Counted from the first letter of the stretch, positions 37,195 to 50,694 are shown. The stretch is 56,915 nt of DNA from Octopus sinensis (GCF_006345805.1 NW_021835176.1:1-56915); one strand, 5' to 3'. The notes: generated by a model not told the origin, from the letters alone. A program made the numbers and translations.

Positions 37195-37365
37195 TTTTTT
37201 TCTCTCCTTGTTTCTCTCCGTGTTTCTTTTCTGTGTATCTTTCTGTTGAAGAGCGTAGGCTCGAAATGTAAAAGACTTGTTTTATTTATATTCCTGAGCG
37301 CCATACTAATACAATTGTTTGTTTGTACTCCACCTGCCTTCGTCTTTTGTTTATTTTCATAAAGC
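37195..37365 (+). mobile_element. Penelope pLTR-like repeat with a hammerhead-like motif (37238-37275)
   Basis: TCTTT-CTGTTGA-A-GAGC(GTAG)GCTC-GAAAT-GTA-AAAGA. Confidence 0.6.
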
Positions 37366-37438
37366 TTCCCGTTATGTATATACATACATACATACATACA
37401 TACATACATACATACATACATACATACATACATCATAC

Positions 37439-37479
<41 letters not shown>

Positions 37480-37573
37480 CATTTATGTATTAACTTTGTT
37501 GGGTACTTCACTAGCAGTATATTGGATATATGTTATCCCATGGAGGGTTGCATTTACAACCCCTATCTCAATT

Positions 37574-37631
<58 letters not shown>

Positions 37632-38153
37632 ATACAATAAGATGCATATATAGGGTAGCGAATATTCGCTATAAAATATCACCACCAGTGGTCTAACATG
37701 TATAAGTATTCAATAGACAACATATTCATATTTCAAAATAGTGTACATTTAAACACAAAATAAAATTACCCATTAGCAGGTAATTTTTACATGCTAGAAA
37801 TAGCAGCCAACATGTCCAAAACCACTATTTAATAGCAGTTTTCGAAGAAATTGAAAAATAAAAACTTTTACCTTGTTATTTATTATCGTTCGAAATTTCT
37901 TTTACAAATAATATTATTTGCCATCCTTTTAATGGGTGATTTTCTTTTGTGTTTAAATGTACACTATTTTGATATATTGCGCTTAGCTTAGATTTTCCTT
38001 GGGGCTGGCCAGATTGGAGCAATCTCAAGATTAATCAGCCCAAATTGCGAGGATGATCCGGTTCTTGACTGAAGATTGAAGGCTTCGACTGTCCCGTCCG
38101 TGTTTTTTGTATCGTCTTCTAAATGTTTTGCGTTCTTGTCCCAGTTTGTATTT

Positions 38154-38211
<58 letters not shown>

Positions 38212-38217
38212 GTGGAA

Positions 38218-38545
38218 GAGCCCCCTACGGTAATGAATGACCATGGGATTTCTCGTAGAAAGTTACCCTCCCAGGCACAAGTCCGGGCAAGGTTGTTTAT
38301 GGAAGACCTGCAGTCACACATGCATACCAGCCTCTTCTTTCCACACCACTAATGTTATCCAAGGCTTATACTGCTTGGAACCAGTCATGTCGCAACTCAT
38401 TTCTACAGCTGAGTGAACTGGAGCAACGTGAAATAAAGTGTCTTGCTCAAGAACACAACACGCAGCACGGTCCCTGAATCGAACTCACAACCTCACGGTC
38501 CTAAGCTCGACACTTTAACCACTGAGCCATGCGCCTTCACATCTA
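38218..38545 (-). mobile_element. tRNA-type SINE family C
   Basis: On the minus strand: GGCGCATGGCTCAGTGGTTAAAG (A box), GAGTTCGATTC (B box), TGTGTTCTTGAGCAAGACACTTT central domain. Confidence 0.88.
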
Positions 38546-39163
38546 CATACCTATACACACACACATATATATGCAGTATATATGCATGCATCTTCGCATG
38601 AAATGTATTTGCGTGAGAATATTTCTTAATGTGTGTAGGTGCGTGCGTTGCCTTAAGAATTATGGCAGTGGAATACAAGGTCAGAAACAGTGCTAATGTC
38701 TATGTATGTATGTATGTATGTATGTATGTATGTATGTATGTATGTATGTATGTATGTATGTATGTATGTATGTATGTATGTATATGTGTGTGTGTGTGTA
38801 TGTTTGTGTGTGTGTGTATGTATGTATGTATATATGTGTGTATGTATGTATGTATATGTATGTGTATGTATGCATGTGTGTATGTATGTGCACACACACA
38901 CACACACATATATGCGTGTGTGTGTATATACATACATACACACATACAGCCGTTGGAAAACCGATTATAGCAGCGACTCCTTCAATTCCTAGGGATATCT
39001 GAAGAAGGAAGTTTTAATCCGAAATATCATACCAGACTATGAATGATTAAATTACAACAGTTATTATAGTTCATTGTTGTTATTATAGTGCATTGTTGTG
39101 TCATTCAAAACATTTTATTCTTTACAAACAATACACAATGCTTCAAGCGAACTACAATACTCT

Positions 39164-39196
<33 letters not shown>

Positions 39197-39456
39197 ATAT
39201 GTGTGTGTATATAATATATATATATATATATAAATACATATATATGTGTGCGTGTGTGTCTGTGTGTATATGCATATATACATACATATTCACACACACC
39301 TGCACACTCACATAACCATGTATATATATATATATATACATGTATGTACATGTATATATATATGTACACAAATACACATACACACACTTGCACATTTATA
39401 TAGATATACACCTATTTGTATGATGGTGAGAAGATATGCGTGTGTCAGTATTTGCA

Positions 39457-39498
<42 letters not shown>

Positions 39499-40189
39499 CG
39501 TGTGTGCGTGCGTGTGTGTGTGTTTGTGTGTGTGTTGAGATTAGAAACATGTTAATAGAATCCAAGTAATACGAGGAAGTGGATCGAATGGAATTCAACG
39601 TATCAACAACTACAGCAACAATAACACCATCATCATCATCGTCATCGTCGTTATCATCATCATCATCATCAACGTAAATAACAACAACAGCATTGACAAC
39701 ACAAGCAATAACATCCCCATCAACACCAATAATGGTGTTAGAAATGTAACAACAAACAATAAAAAACAGTAAAGTTTATTTGCCCACAGAATGTACAGTC
39801 CTTTAAAGGACGATGTTACTGTTGTTTAAACGTCAGGAAAGCATCTTTTCTAGTTGGGTACCGACACTATGTCTGTGTCCGTATAGTGTTTGCAAGGCGG
39901 GGGAGGGGATGGCATCGCTCCCATCTCCAGCCTTACGTGAGACTCACAGACCATGGTTTCTGGATCGTTACCCGTCATCATTGTGAGACATTAAGAAAAT
40001 ATATTTTAAAATAATACAGCAAAAATAAACCTACCACTACCACAGCCAGAACCACCACCACCGCTACCACCACCAATACCACTAGGAACAGCAGTTCCAT
40101 CAACCAGCAACAGTAACAAACAAAAGAAAAAATTGTTGTAATAATGGTTTTGAATTGTTGGCTGAAGGCTAGAAATTTCAGGTGAGCCA

Positions 40190-40290
40190 ATAAGTCGATT
40201 GCATCGACTCCAGCACTCAACGGATGCTTATTTTATGAACCCCGAAAGGATGAGAGGCAATGTCGACCTCGGCGAAATTTGAACTCAGAA
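40190..40290 (-). mobile_element. SINE family A fragment
   Basis: CCCCGAAAGGATGAGAGGCAATGTCGACCTCGGCGAAATTTGAACTCAGAA. Confidence 0.75.
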
Positions 40291-40699
40291 TATTTGTAGT
40301 AATAATGTGAACAAGAACAAAAGATGTAATGCGGATGGCTTTTCACGGCCATTTGCTTTGGCGAAATAGCAGTTTGATCTCCTTCAAATCACCCTCTGCT
40401 CTTCTAGATAAGGACACGTTTGGCAATGATGCTGCGAAGTCCATGTACGTAGGAGGATGATGGGTTGATCATGACTGGAAAGCCTTTCATTATAGGTCTG
40501 ATCAGTGATGGGTGACCCAGGATTAAACGGCAACAATAGCGCCTGCAAGAACTAGAACTCCTGACTGTCTGGATAAGGAAAGGACACAGTTGACAATGTT
40601 TGTCCCGCTTGATATAGCGACTCCTTCAACGGAGGGCTTGTCGCGGCTGGAACGCTTTTAAATATAAAAGGAATGTACCTTATTCAGAGCCAATACTAG

Positions 40700-40883
40700 C
40701 CAAAACGTCATCATCATCAACGTCGTCGTCGTCGTTGTCATCATCATCATCATCATCGTGGTCGTCGTCGTCGTCCGTCATCATCATCATCATCATCGTT
40801 ATCGTCATCGTCGTCGTGATCATCGTTGTTGTCGACGTCGTTATCATCATCACCACCACCACCACCACCACCACCACCACCAC

Positions 40884-40918
<35 letters not shown>

Positions 40919-41170
40919 CCCGCATCATCACCACCGTCATCGTTGTAGTCATCATCGTCATCATCCCCTTCAATAACATTAGCAAGAACAAGTGCAAATA
41001 CGACAACAGCAGCAACAACAACAACAACAAAAGTAGCAGCAGTAATAACAACAATAACACTATCAACAACAGCAGCCACAAACAGCAAAGCCCAATAAGA
41101 AATTAGCAGTAACAACACCAGCATCAACGGCAGCAGCAACAACAGCAATGAGAAAACAACAACACAAACT
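40700..41170. repeat. Compound trinucleotide microsatellite (ATC/GTC/ACC/AAC/AGC)
   Basis: Direct reading; it produces the poly-amino-acid pseudo-ORFs here. Confidence 0.92.
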
Positions 41171-41182
41171 CAATGAAAGATA

Positions 41183-42008
41183 ATCCTTTCTACTCTAGAC
41201 ACAACGCCTGAAATTAGAGGGAAGGGGCAGGTCGATTAGATCGACCCCAGTACACAACTGGTACTTAATTTATCGACCCCGAAAGGATGAAAGGTAAAGT
41301 CGACCTCGGCAGAATTTGAACTCAGAAACTCAGAACGTAGCGGCAGACAAAATACATATTTCTTTATTACCCGCAAGGGGCTAAACACAGAGGGGACACA
41401 CAAGGACAGACAAACGGATTAAGTCGATTATATCGATCCCAGTGCGTAACTAGTACTTATTTAATAAGGCAAAGTCGACCTCGGCGGAATTTGAACTCAG
41501 AACCTAGTGGCAGACGGAATTCCGCGAAACATTTCGCCTGGCATGCGTGGTAAAGATTCCTATTTCATTACTGCCCACAAGGGGCTACACTCAGAGAGGA
41601 CAAACAAGGACAGACAAACGGGTTAAGTCGATTATATCGACCCCAGTGCGTAACTGGTACTTATTTAATCGACCCCGAAAAGATGAAAGGCAAAGTCGAC
41701 CCCGGAAGAATTTGAACTCAGAACGTAGCGGCAGACGTAATGCCGCGAAACATTTCGCCTGGCGTGCGTGCTAAAGATTCCTATTTCATTACTGCCCACA
41801 AGGAGCTACCCTCAGAAAGGACAAACAAACGAATTAAGTCGATTATATCGACCCCAGTGCGTAACTGGTACTTATTTAATCGATCCCGAAAAGATGAAAG
41901 GCTAAGTCGACCCCGGCAGAATTTGAACTCAGAACGTAGCGGCAGACGGAATACCGCGAAGCATTTCGCCTGGCGTGCGTGCTAACCATTCCGCCAGCTC
42001 GCCGCCTT
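41183..42008 (-). mobile_element. Tetrameric SINE family A array
   Basis: Four successive cores (GAATTTGAACTCAGAA near 41310, 41487, 41708 and 41920); a single complete head at ~42008 and the tail-2 end at 41183. Confidence 0.9.
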
Positions 42009-42934
42009 ACACAATGAAAGATAATGAGAGACAGAAAGCAACAACAACAACATCAACACAGACAACAGCAACAGCAGCAATAACATCGGCAACGACTGCA
42101 ACGGCTGTAGTAGAAGCAGCAATCATAACTCGACCCAAAATGCCACGCAACCCGAAATCAAACCGAAAGCTGAATTCAATCCTCTCACAAAAACCCATTG
42201 ACAAATGAAGCAACCAAGTGTTGTAATTTGTCAGCAACGATCAAGATGTGTATGGACAAGTCGATATAGCTTTCCCCTGATGTCTGTCAAGAATGAGAAC
42301 TCAGTCACTGAATGATGAGTGAGAAATGAAAAGATCGTGTGCAATTGAACCAATAGGTGGCACTAGCATCGATTTGGAATTATATTTCTATTTGCTTTCT
42401 TTCTTTCATTTCTTTTTTTTTTGTTTTTGCATTTGATTTCCTGACGAGTGCGGGGTTGGAGTCGAGTATTTTTTTCTTTTTTCTTTTCTTTTTTTTCCCT
42501 TTTCAATGATTATCTTTTTTTTATATATTTTGATTGCTGGTTGAAGAGTGGATTGTGATAGATGTAGCTGGTTGTGGGTGGTTGTGGCTGGCCGTGTGTA
42601 TAGGAGTGTGTGCGTGTGTATGAGTGTGTATGTGTTAGGGGGATGTGCGTCGAAGATGTGATTATTTCGACCTGTGCTGACAGTTATGGCATGTCTATAT
42701 TACGTCCTTATTCGCACTTACATGCATACATACATACATACATACATACATACATACATACATACATACATACATACATGCATGCAAACACACACACATA
42801 TACACACGCACATACACGTGCACATGCGTGTGTGTACGTGTGTGTGCGTGTATCTATGTGTATCTGGTATCCAAGATTCTGCATTCAAAATTTTCGTGAT
42901 GTGTACGTTATATGTATATATGTGCGTGTGTGTG

Positions 42935-42969
<35 letters not shown>

Positions 42970-43137
42970 ATGTGTGTATATATATATGTGTGTGTATGTG
43001 TGTATATATATATATGTGTGTGTTGTATGTATATATATATGTATTTGTGTGTATATATATATGTATATATTTGTATGCATATATATATATATATAAATAT
43101 AAATATTTATATATGAATATATATATATGTGTATGTG

Positions 43138-43172
<35 letters not shown>

Positions 43173-43789
43173 ATATATATATATACGCACACACACACAC
43201 ACACATACATATATATATAGTAATATAGACTCACATACGCATACCTTCACACTCATACGTACATATAAATATGTATATGTGTTTGTATGTGCATGTTTGC
43301 ATTCGTTGTGTGTGTGTCTGTGTGTCTGCATGTGTGTGCATTTATAAACACACATACATTGACACGCAGACATAGGCATGCATATAAATATATGATAACG
43401 ACAGCAATAACACCAGCAACAACAGGCAAAACAACAACAACAAAGTCAGTTCGGTCGATGATCATAACGATAATGATGACGTTATGAAAAACGATTTTTA
43501 TTAGCATTGATGGTTGTTGATGTCAACCAATAATAAGATATTTTGAAAGATTTCAGCAAGGCGCCATCATCTGTTTGACAGCAAAGATAAACTACAAGAT
43601 GACTATTAAGATGATGATTTGAGAGAATGTCGGATTGGTTCTTTTATCGAGCTAAAGAGGGCGCCTTTACGTAGTCGCTCCAGTTTCTAGAAATAATAGC
43701 CAAATTCTCATAAATCAAACTCGCCATTGTCATGAAAAAGAAAAAGTCACCTTATATAAGATAATCCTTCTTTTCAAGTGGAGGTCAAT

Positions 43790-44050
43790 GGTGCAACTCG
43801 TGCTTTCTAGATAACACGGGTTTACATACGCGTGTTTCAGTTCTGCAGGCCAGAGCACAGCTCATCAGTGTTGGGGCAACTCATGTATTTCTGAGCACGT
43901 TCACATATGTTATCCTCCGGGCGACACGTTTAGCATTATTATGCATAAGTTTCCATGGGACAAGTCTAGAAACAATGCAGTCAGGATGGTGCACCCTGTG
44001 GCTAGTGAGCTTCAGTTTCCTTCTGTGGTCAGCAACGATGAACTACCTAT
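43790..44050 (-). mobile_element. Old RTE-clade LINE 3' fragment
   Basis: HRRKLKLTSHRVHHPDCIVSRLVPWKLMHNNAKRVARRITYVNVLRNT resembles the RTE-type C-terminal pattern RRLxLAGHxxRH..LVLWxP..GR..TY. Confidence 0.6.
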
Positions 44051-44179
44051 ACGAAGTATTATCCTAATTTAGCCGATAATATTGGTTACTCTAATTGTTC
44101 TCAGGGTAATTTAAGTCTTGATAATAACTATGAAAAATCAAGTACTATTAAAACCTTACATCCTATTACAAGGGTGACC

Positions 44180-44297
44180 TGAAAATTATATAAATATAAT
44201 TCAAATTTACAGAAAATAAAAGACGAGTGAAGGAACAATAAGCAGGTGTATTAATTAACGCTCATGAAGAATGGAAAAGTCTTTCACACTTTGACCC
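44180..44297 (-). mobile_element. pLTR-like repeat fragment, same family as 52700-52880
   Basis: The reverse complement reads AAAGACTTTTCCATTCTTCATGAGCGTTAATTAATACACCTGCTT..TTTTCTGTAAATTTGAA. Confidence 0.65.
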
Positions 44298-44370
44298 TAC
44301 GTATATATATATATAATATAATATATATATATAATATATAATATATATATATATATATAGATATATATAT

Positions 44371-44413
<43 letters not shown>

Positions 44414-44590
44414 ATTATATATATATATGTATGTATGTAGTGTGTATATGCATATGTATATATATATATATGTGTGTGCATACATACATACATACATATG
44501 TTTATGTTATATATATAGACATACATGCATATACGCAGAGCTACATGTGCGTAATATACATATACACATATACGTAAACATATCTATCTA

Positions 44591-44653
<63 letters not shown>

Positions 44654-45339
44654 GTCTGTCTATCTGTCTATCTGTCTATCTGTCTATCTATCTCTGTCTG
44701 TCTGTCTCTCCCACTCACTCTCTCTCTCTCTCTATCTATATATATTTAGTTGCAGGATTCATTAGAATCCAGGTATTTCAACGTGTATGTGTACTTTCAT
44801 GTGTGTACTTTCATACATACACACACACACACACACACAGCACACACACACACACACAAATAATGTGAAGAAGAAGGGGGAACACTGGTACCAACAACAA
44901 AACACCACACCACCACCACAACAAAACAAAATATAAAACTAACTATTTCACCATTAAGATTCCATTACAATACACGAGACATGTAATTTACTAATTGCAG
45001 ACGCTCACCAGGACAAACTCATTGTTGGATGTTTGATTTTGAAGATGATTTAGTTTCTACTGTGCAATTACAGAGGTCAAGTGACTAGATTCTTCTTTCT
45101 TTCTTTATTTATATCGACAATGATCAAGAGTAATAAATTTTGCCACAGAATACTTTGGGTAAACAGGTGGTTTTCATAAAAAATCCCAACAAAATTTACT
45201 GAAGAAAATGTCGTAAATAAGATAAAAAAAAAAGCGTAGCGTGTATTAGATGTAATGCCTATACCGTCTGCTGATTTATATCGGATAGGGTTCATTGAAT
45301 CTAATAGAAGCATCTTTAATAATCCTATGTCTAGACAGT

Positions 45340-46113
45340 GAAGGCGCGTGGCTGGTGTTAGGATATTCAGCTCAAGATCGTAAGGTGGTGAGTTCGATTC
45401 CTTGCGGCTCGGTTTTTGGATTCAATTTCACTGCATGTCACTTAGAGCACGTGCAGACAACTGTAGCCAGAGCCAACCCAAGTTTTATATTGATCTCAAT
45501 GTTTGTATTGATCACTTGCAGTATTGATCACAGTGAATGTGTGTGGCTCAGTGGTTAGGGGTATTCAGCTCGCAATCATAAGGTCGTGAGTTCGATTTCC
45601 AGCGGCTTTTTGTGCCCTTGTGTAAAACATTTCCCGCTTCTCCAGCTGGGAAAAGTGAATTGTACCTGAAATTCAAAGGACCGACCATGTCACATTCTGT
45701 GTCACGCTGAATCTCCCTGACAACTACGTTAAAGGTATGCGTGTGTGTGTGTGGAGTACTCAACCATTTGCACACTAAATTCATGACCAGGCTGTTCCAT
45801 TGATCGTATCAACTGCTACCCACATCGTCGTAACCGACAGAGTGCCAGTTTTTATGCGAAGATGCGTGACCAAGAGGTCGTGAGTTCGATTTCCAGCGTC
45901 TTGTTGTGTCCTTGTGTAAGACATTTCACGCTTCTCCGGTTCACTCAGCTGGAGTTGTAACTATACTTCAAAGGGGCCACCTTTCTCACGTTCTGTGTCA
46001 CGCTGAATCTCCCTGGAAACTACATTAAGGGGTACACGTGTCTGTGCAGTACTCAGCCACTTGCACGTTAATTTCACGAGCAGGCTGTTCCGTTGATCGG
46101 ATCCACTGGAACC
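45340..46113 (+). mobile_element. Cluster of three head-to-tail SINE C/D-type copies (heads at ~45345, ~45542, ~45870)
   Basis: Repeated GG(T/C)CGTGAGTTCGATT B-box heads; shared body GTCACGCTGAATCTCCCTG in the last two. Confidence 0.85.
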
Positions 46114-46307
46114 CGAAAATTTTGGTGAGGGTGTGGGCAGTCGATTAGATCGACCCCAGTACGCAACTAGTACTTAATCTATCGACTCCGAAAGGATGAA
46201 AGGCAAAGTCGACCTCGGTGGGATTTGAACTCAGAACGTAAAGACAGAGGAAATAACGCTTAAGCATTTCACCCAGCATGCTAATGTTTCTACCAGCTCG
46301 CCACCTT
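46114..46307 (-). mobile_element. SINE family A joined tail-to-tail to the preceding SINE
   Basis: Core and head are present; junction at GGAACCC|GAAAATTTTGG. Confidence 0.85.
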
Positions 46308-46694
46308 AGTCAGCCTGGAAATTGAAAATGAATTGGATTTGTCCCATTTTGATGATCCAGATGATGAATATAAAGCATGTGCTAGTGATGTAGGTGATGA
46401 AGCTGTGGATGAGTCTTACAGTACTGGACCTGCTAGTGGGAATGAGTCGCACAGTAATGGGGATAACCTTGAAGACGCAGATGATGTTGCTCCAGATAAC
46501 TGGATACATGTAAGTGACTTTGAAAACTAACAAACCCATGTTATAATTTGTTTTATTGATAGAAGACAATTAAATATCGCTTGAAGCGTTGTGACAAAGA
46601 AGTAAAATAACAAAATAATGAAAAAGGAGAGCTTCTTACAATGCGAAACGGGAAAAGTCTAATAACCTTTATATTTCAAGCACAAAGGCCCATC

Positions 46695-46841
46695 ATCAGA
46701 AATGAACGGAGTAAAAAAAATGTGAGTGTATACAGAACTGGCCATGCTGATCATTGTAACTTCACCACTCACCGTCCATACAGAATTCATCACAGCCGGT
46801 ACTGTATAGATACACGTTTCTTTACTCCGTTCATTTCTGAT
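46695..46841. mobile_element. Small MITE-like inverted repeat
   Basis: Perfect 21-bp arms ATCAGAAATGAACGGAGTAAA (46695-46715 / 46821-46841), extending imperfectly inward to ~48 bp; no clear TSD. Confidence 0.65.
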
Positions 46842-47317
46842 TAGTGAACCTTTATACTTCAAATATATAGGTTACTAAACTTTTTCTCGTTTTGCATTTT
46901 AAGTTATCTCCGGTCTTTATTATTTTATCGCTCATGGTGGACCTGTATGGGCACTAACTGAAGCCAAAGCCCGTTGATTATTTCGATCCTATTCTCTAAG
47001 CTGCTATTAGTGCTGGGCCTTCATTTTAGGATTATTTCGTGACAGAAACCAATAAAATTTATCCAAATCGCAAAGTTTTAAAAAAAAACAGGGTCTACAT
47101 GTGAAAGAATTAAATTTCGTGGCTAGTGGTTCGACAAGTAAAGATCAATAAAGTAAGTACCGGACTGGAATACATACAGAGGTCGATACGATCAATTAAA
47201 AAACCCACTTACAGTCAAGTACTCCAGTATGACCACAGAACAATCACTGAAGCTTGTACAAAAACAAAATAAAATGTTTGCGGCCATATTGCGGAATATT
47301 TAAAAGTGTGTTTATAT

Positions 47318-47540
47318 GCGGCGAGCTGGCAGAAACGTTAGCACGCCGGGCGAAATGCGTAGCCTCGTCTGTCGTTACGTTCCGAGTTCAAATTCCGCCG
47401 AGGTCGACTTTGCCTTTCATCCTTTCGGGGTCAATAAATTAAGTACCAGTTACGCACTGGGATCGATGCAATCGACTTAATCTCTTTGTCTGTCCTTGTT
47501 TGTCCCATCTGTGTTTAAACCCTCGTGGGTAGTAAAGCAA
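47318..47540 (+). mobile_element. SINE family A monomer with tail 1
   Basis: GGCGAGCTGGCAGAAACGTTAGCACGCCGGGCGAAATG..GAGTTCAAATTCCGCCGAGGTCGAC. Confidence 0.9.
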
Positions 47541-47654
47541 TATATATGTGGGTATGCGAGTGTGTGTATGTGTATTTGTGATTGAGTGCAACGTGTATGT
47601 GTGTGTGTGTACTTGTGTTTGAACGCACGCTTCTGTCTCAGTTTTATGTATGTA

Positions 47655-48051
47655 CTAGTTGTATCGCCCGGCGTTGCTCGGGTTTGTAAGGGAAATAACT
47701 ATATAAGCATTTTTAGAGAGTTATAGCCAAAAAATAGCAAAACATGCATTAAAAATGGAAAACAAATGATGGTAAATTTTTTAAAAATCGTTGACTCATC
47801 GTAGACATTTTTAGAGAGTTACTTCCCTTATATAATAGCGAAAAAAATGCATTAAAATGGAAAGAAATGATGGTAAATTTTTTTTTAAATCGTAAACTCA
47901 TCGTAGACGCGCGCTAATACTCAGAAGGGCTCGATATGAATCACGACTATAAGATACCCGGTTTTGGTTAAACTGCACCGCAAAATGTGGGAGTAGTTAG
48001 GAATCTAAATCGTAGGAGACAGACACACAACTTCTCTTTTATATTTAAAGA
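47655..48051 (-). mobile_element. Non-autonomous Helitron (~397 bp)
   Basis: The minus strand begins A|TC and ends with hairpin CCCGAGCAACGCCGGG, a short spacer, then CTAG|T, i.e. inserted between A and T with no TSD. An internal block (TTTTTAGAGAGTTA..AAAATGG..ATGATGGTAAATTTTT) is duplicated. Confidence 0.85.
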
Positions 48052-48576
48052 TATGAATGTGTGGGAATGTGAGGGCGTGTTGTGTCTGTTTCACTGAAAT
48101 TAGCAATTGATAATTTTCTAATCTTGTTTGGCTTTAACTAAGTTTAAATACTCAGTCACAATAAAAACACACATTTTACACACACGCACGCACCACACAC
48201 ACACACACACTAATGAAACGTACATGATACATATATACACTCTTGCATAAACATACAATTGATGCAAACAAAAAAAAATCGTTTATTTCTTCAAGTGTAT
48301 TGGCACGCGCGTGCACACACACACGCGCACACACACACACAATAAGTGTGTGTGTATATTCATGTATATTTATACATATGTCTATGTGTGTATATATGTA
48401 TGTATACATATGTATATGTATATATGTATTTATATGCATATATATTTGTATATCTATGTATATATTATGTATTTGTATGATATATGTATATTAGATATAT
48501 TATATATATTATATATATATACACACAAAAAAGGGTGAAATATGATTAATTTAATAAAATTAATTTCACCTAGTAG

Positions 48577-48619
<43 letters not shown>

Positions 48620-48740
48620 TACGTACGCATTATGTCCACACGTGCACACTTACATATATGGATACATGCATATAGACATATACATACAAAAGAAATAATA
48701 TATATATATTAATATATATATATATACATATATATATATG

Positions 48741-48775
<35 letters not shown>

Positions 48776-49044
48776 CTCACACACATAAACACATATATAC
48801 ATAGGCATATTTTACATATGTGTGAATATGTGTGCATAATATGTGAATTATACACATACCTACATATATTGTGCAAAGATATATACATATATATATATAT
48901 ATATTATATATATATATATATAATATATAATATATATATATATATACATATACATATGCACATATATGTATATAATCATATATAGTAATAGAAATATATA
49001 ACTATGTACGTACGCACGCACGCACGCACGCACGCACACACCAC

Positions 49045-49086
<42 letters not shown>

Positions 49087-49375
49087 CACGCACGCACAGA
49101 GTTGTATGTACAGAATGATGTGTACAGGTGCGTCAACTAAGTGAGGCTGATATATCACGTTCAGAACACAAAAAATACTTAGTACTGCACGCCCCTCTGA
49201 ACACGTCGTCATCGGATTATGCTTTAGAAATAATTCCCCTCCATTTTAAATAGTGTTTTCAATAATTCCATTTATCAACAAGTAAACCCCCCCCCACCTC
49301 TGTCTCCTGCCCCCGCATGCTTTTTCTTCTCCTCATGCTTCTTACCGTCCATCTTTCCCCTTCTCAAACTCATTC

Positions 49376-49900
49376 GTCTTGTTGTTGTTGTTGTTGTTGT
49401 TGTTGTTCTTCTTCTTCTTCTTCTTCTTCTTCTTCTTCTTCTTCTTCTTCTTCTTCTTCTTCTTCGTCTTCGTCTTCTTCTTCTTCTGCTTCTGTCTTCT
49501 TCTGCTTCTGTTTTCTTCTTCTTCTTCTTCTTCTTCTTCTTCTTCTTCTTCTTCTTCTTCTTCTTCTTCTTCTTCTTTTCTTCCTATTCTTCTTCTTTTC
49601 TTCTGCTTCTGTTATTCTTCTTCTTTTCTTCTATCTTATTTTCTTCTTCTTCTTCTTCTTCTTCTTCTTCTTCTTCTTCTTCTTCTTCTTCTTCTTCTTC
49701 TTCTTCTTCGTCGTCGTCGTGTCGTCGTCGATGCCGTTCTCGCTCCTACGCCCCATTTCGTTTCTTTTTCCCCCCTCTTTATCCTCCTTCGTCGTCACTG
49801 CCACCACCACAACCATCACCATCATCACCAACATCATCGTCGTCATTGTTAACGTCGCCACCACCACCACCACCATCATCATCATCCCGATATCCTGATT
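49376..49900. repeat. Long compound (TTG)n-(TTC)n-(GTC)n microsatellite
   Basis: Direct reading. Confidence 0.95.
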
Positions 49901-50694
49901 TGTTATTGTTGCTGTTGTTGTTGTTCTTCTTCTTCATCCTCTTTTCTCCCTCTTCTCCCTTTATCCAACTTTGCTCTCATTCAGGTACTCATCCATTTCA
50001 TAAACCAGCAAGAATTCTCCTCTCCCCCCTCTCTCCTTATCTCTTTTGCTTCCTTCTTTCTCTTTATTTCTTTTATTTTTTATCTTCTTATTTGTTTGTT
50101 TGGATTATATGTTGCTCTCACTCTACATTTATCTACGTTGTAATAACTCGCCTAAGTCCATCTGTACAGGACACGTGGTGTTGGTGCTATTGTTGCAGTT
50201 GATGTTGTTTTTGTTAGTGTTACTGTTGTTAATGTTGTTGGTGGCGGTGGTGGTTGTGGTTATTGCTGTTGTTGTTGTTGGTGGTGGTAGTGGTCTTGGT
50301 GATAATGTGTATGTGTTTGTGTGTGTGCGTGTGTGCGTGTGTATTCGGACGAGGCGTTGGCTCTATTTGGCGTTGTTGTTTTGTGGGGGATGTATTGGTA
50401 TGGCCGTGGTGGCAGAGGTAGTTCTGATGGTGATGTTGGTGTTTGTGTGTGTGTGGTGTGTGTGTGTGTGTGTGTGTGTGTGTCTACGGGGGTGGCCTGG
50501 AACGATGGACATGGAATGTGAAGTGATGGTCACTCATGCACTAAATGAAAATGACCTTTTGTGCCCTATCACTTGCTGAGCCTTCCTCTCCGAGCCGGAC
50601 AAGTGAAGACACCTGATAGGGATCAAGATCATCTGTTTGTAGTAACAGCAATCATGGTGGTTGTAGTAATTATGAGGGAGTGGAGGTGATTAGT

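Noticed and set aside
38490-38545. tRNA-like A/B boxes here and at 45.5, 51.05 and 53.26 kb
   Set aside because: They continue into SINE bodies with no acceptor stem, so these are SINE heads, not tRNA genes.
40680-41148. Poly-His/Asp/Gly/Ile ORFs (also 49317-49898)
   Set aside because: Trinucleotide microsatellite artefacts.
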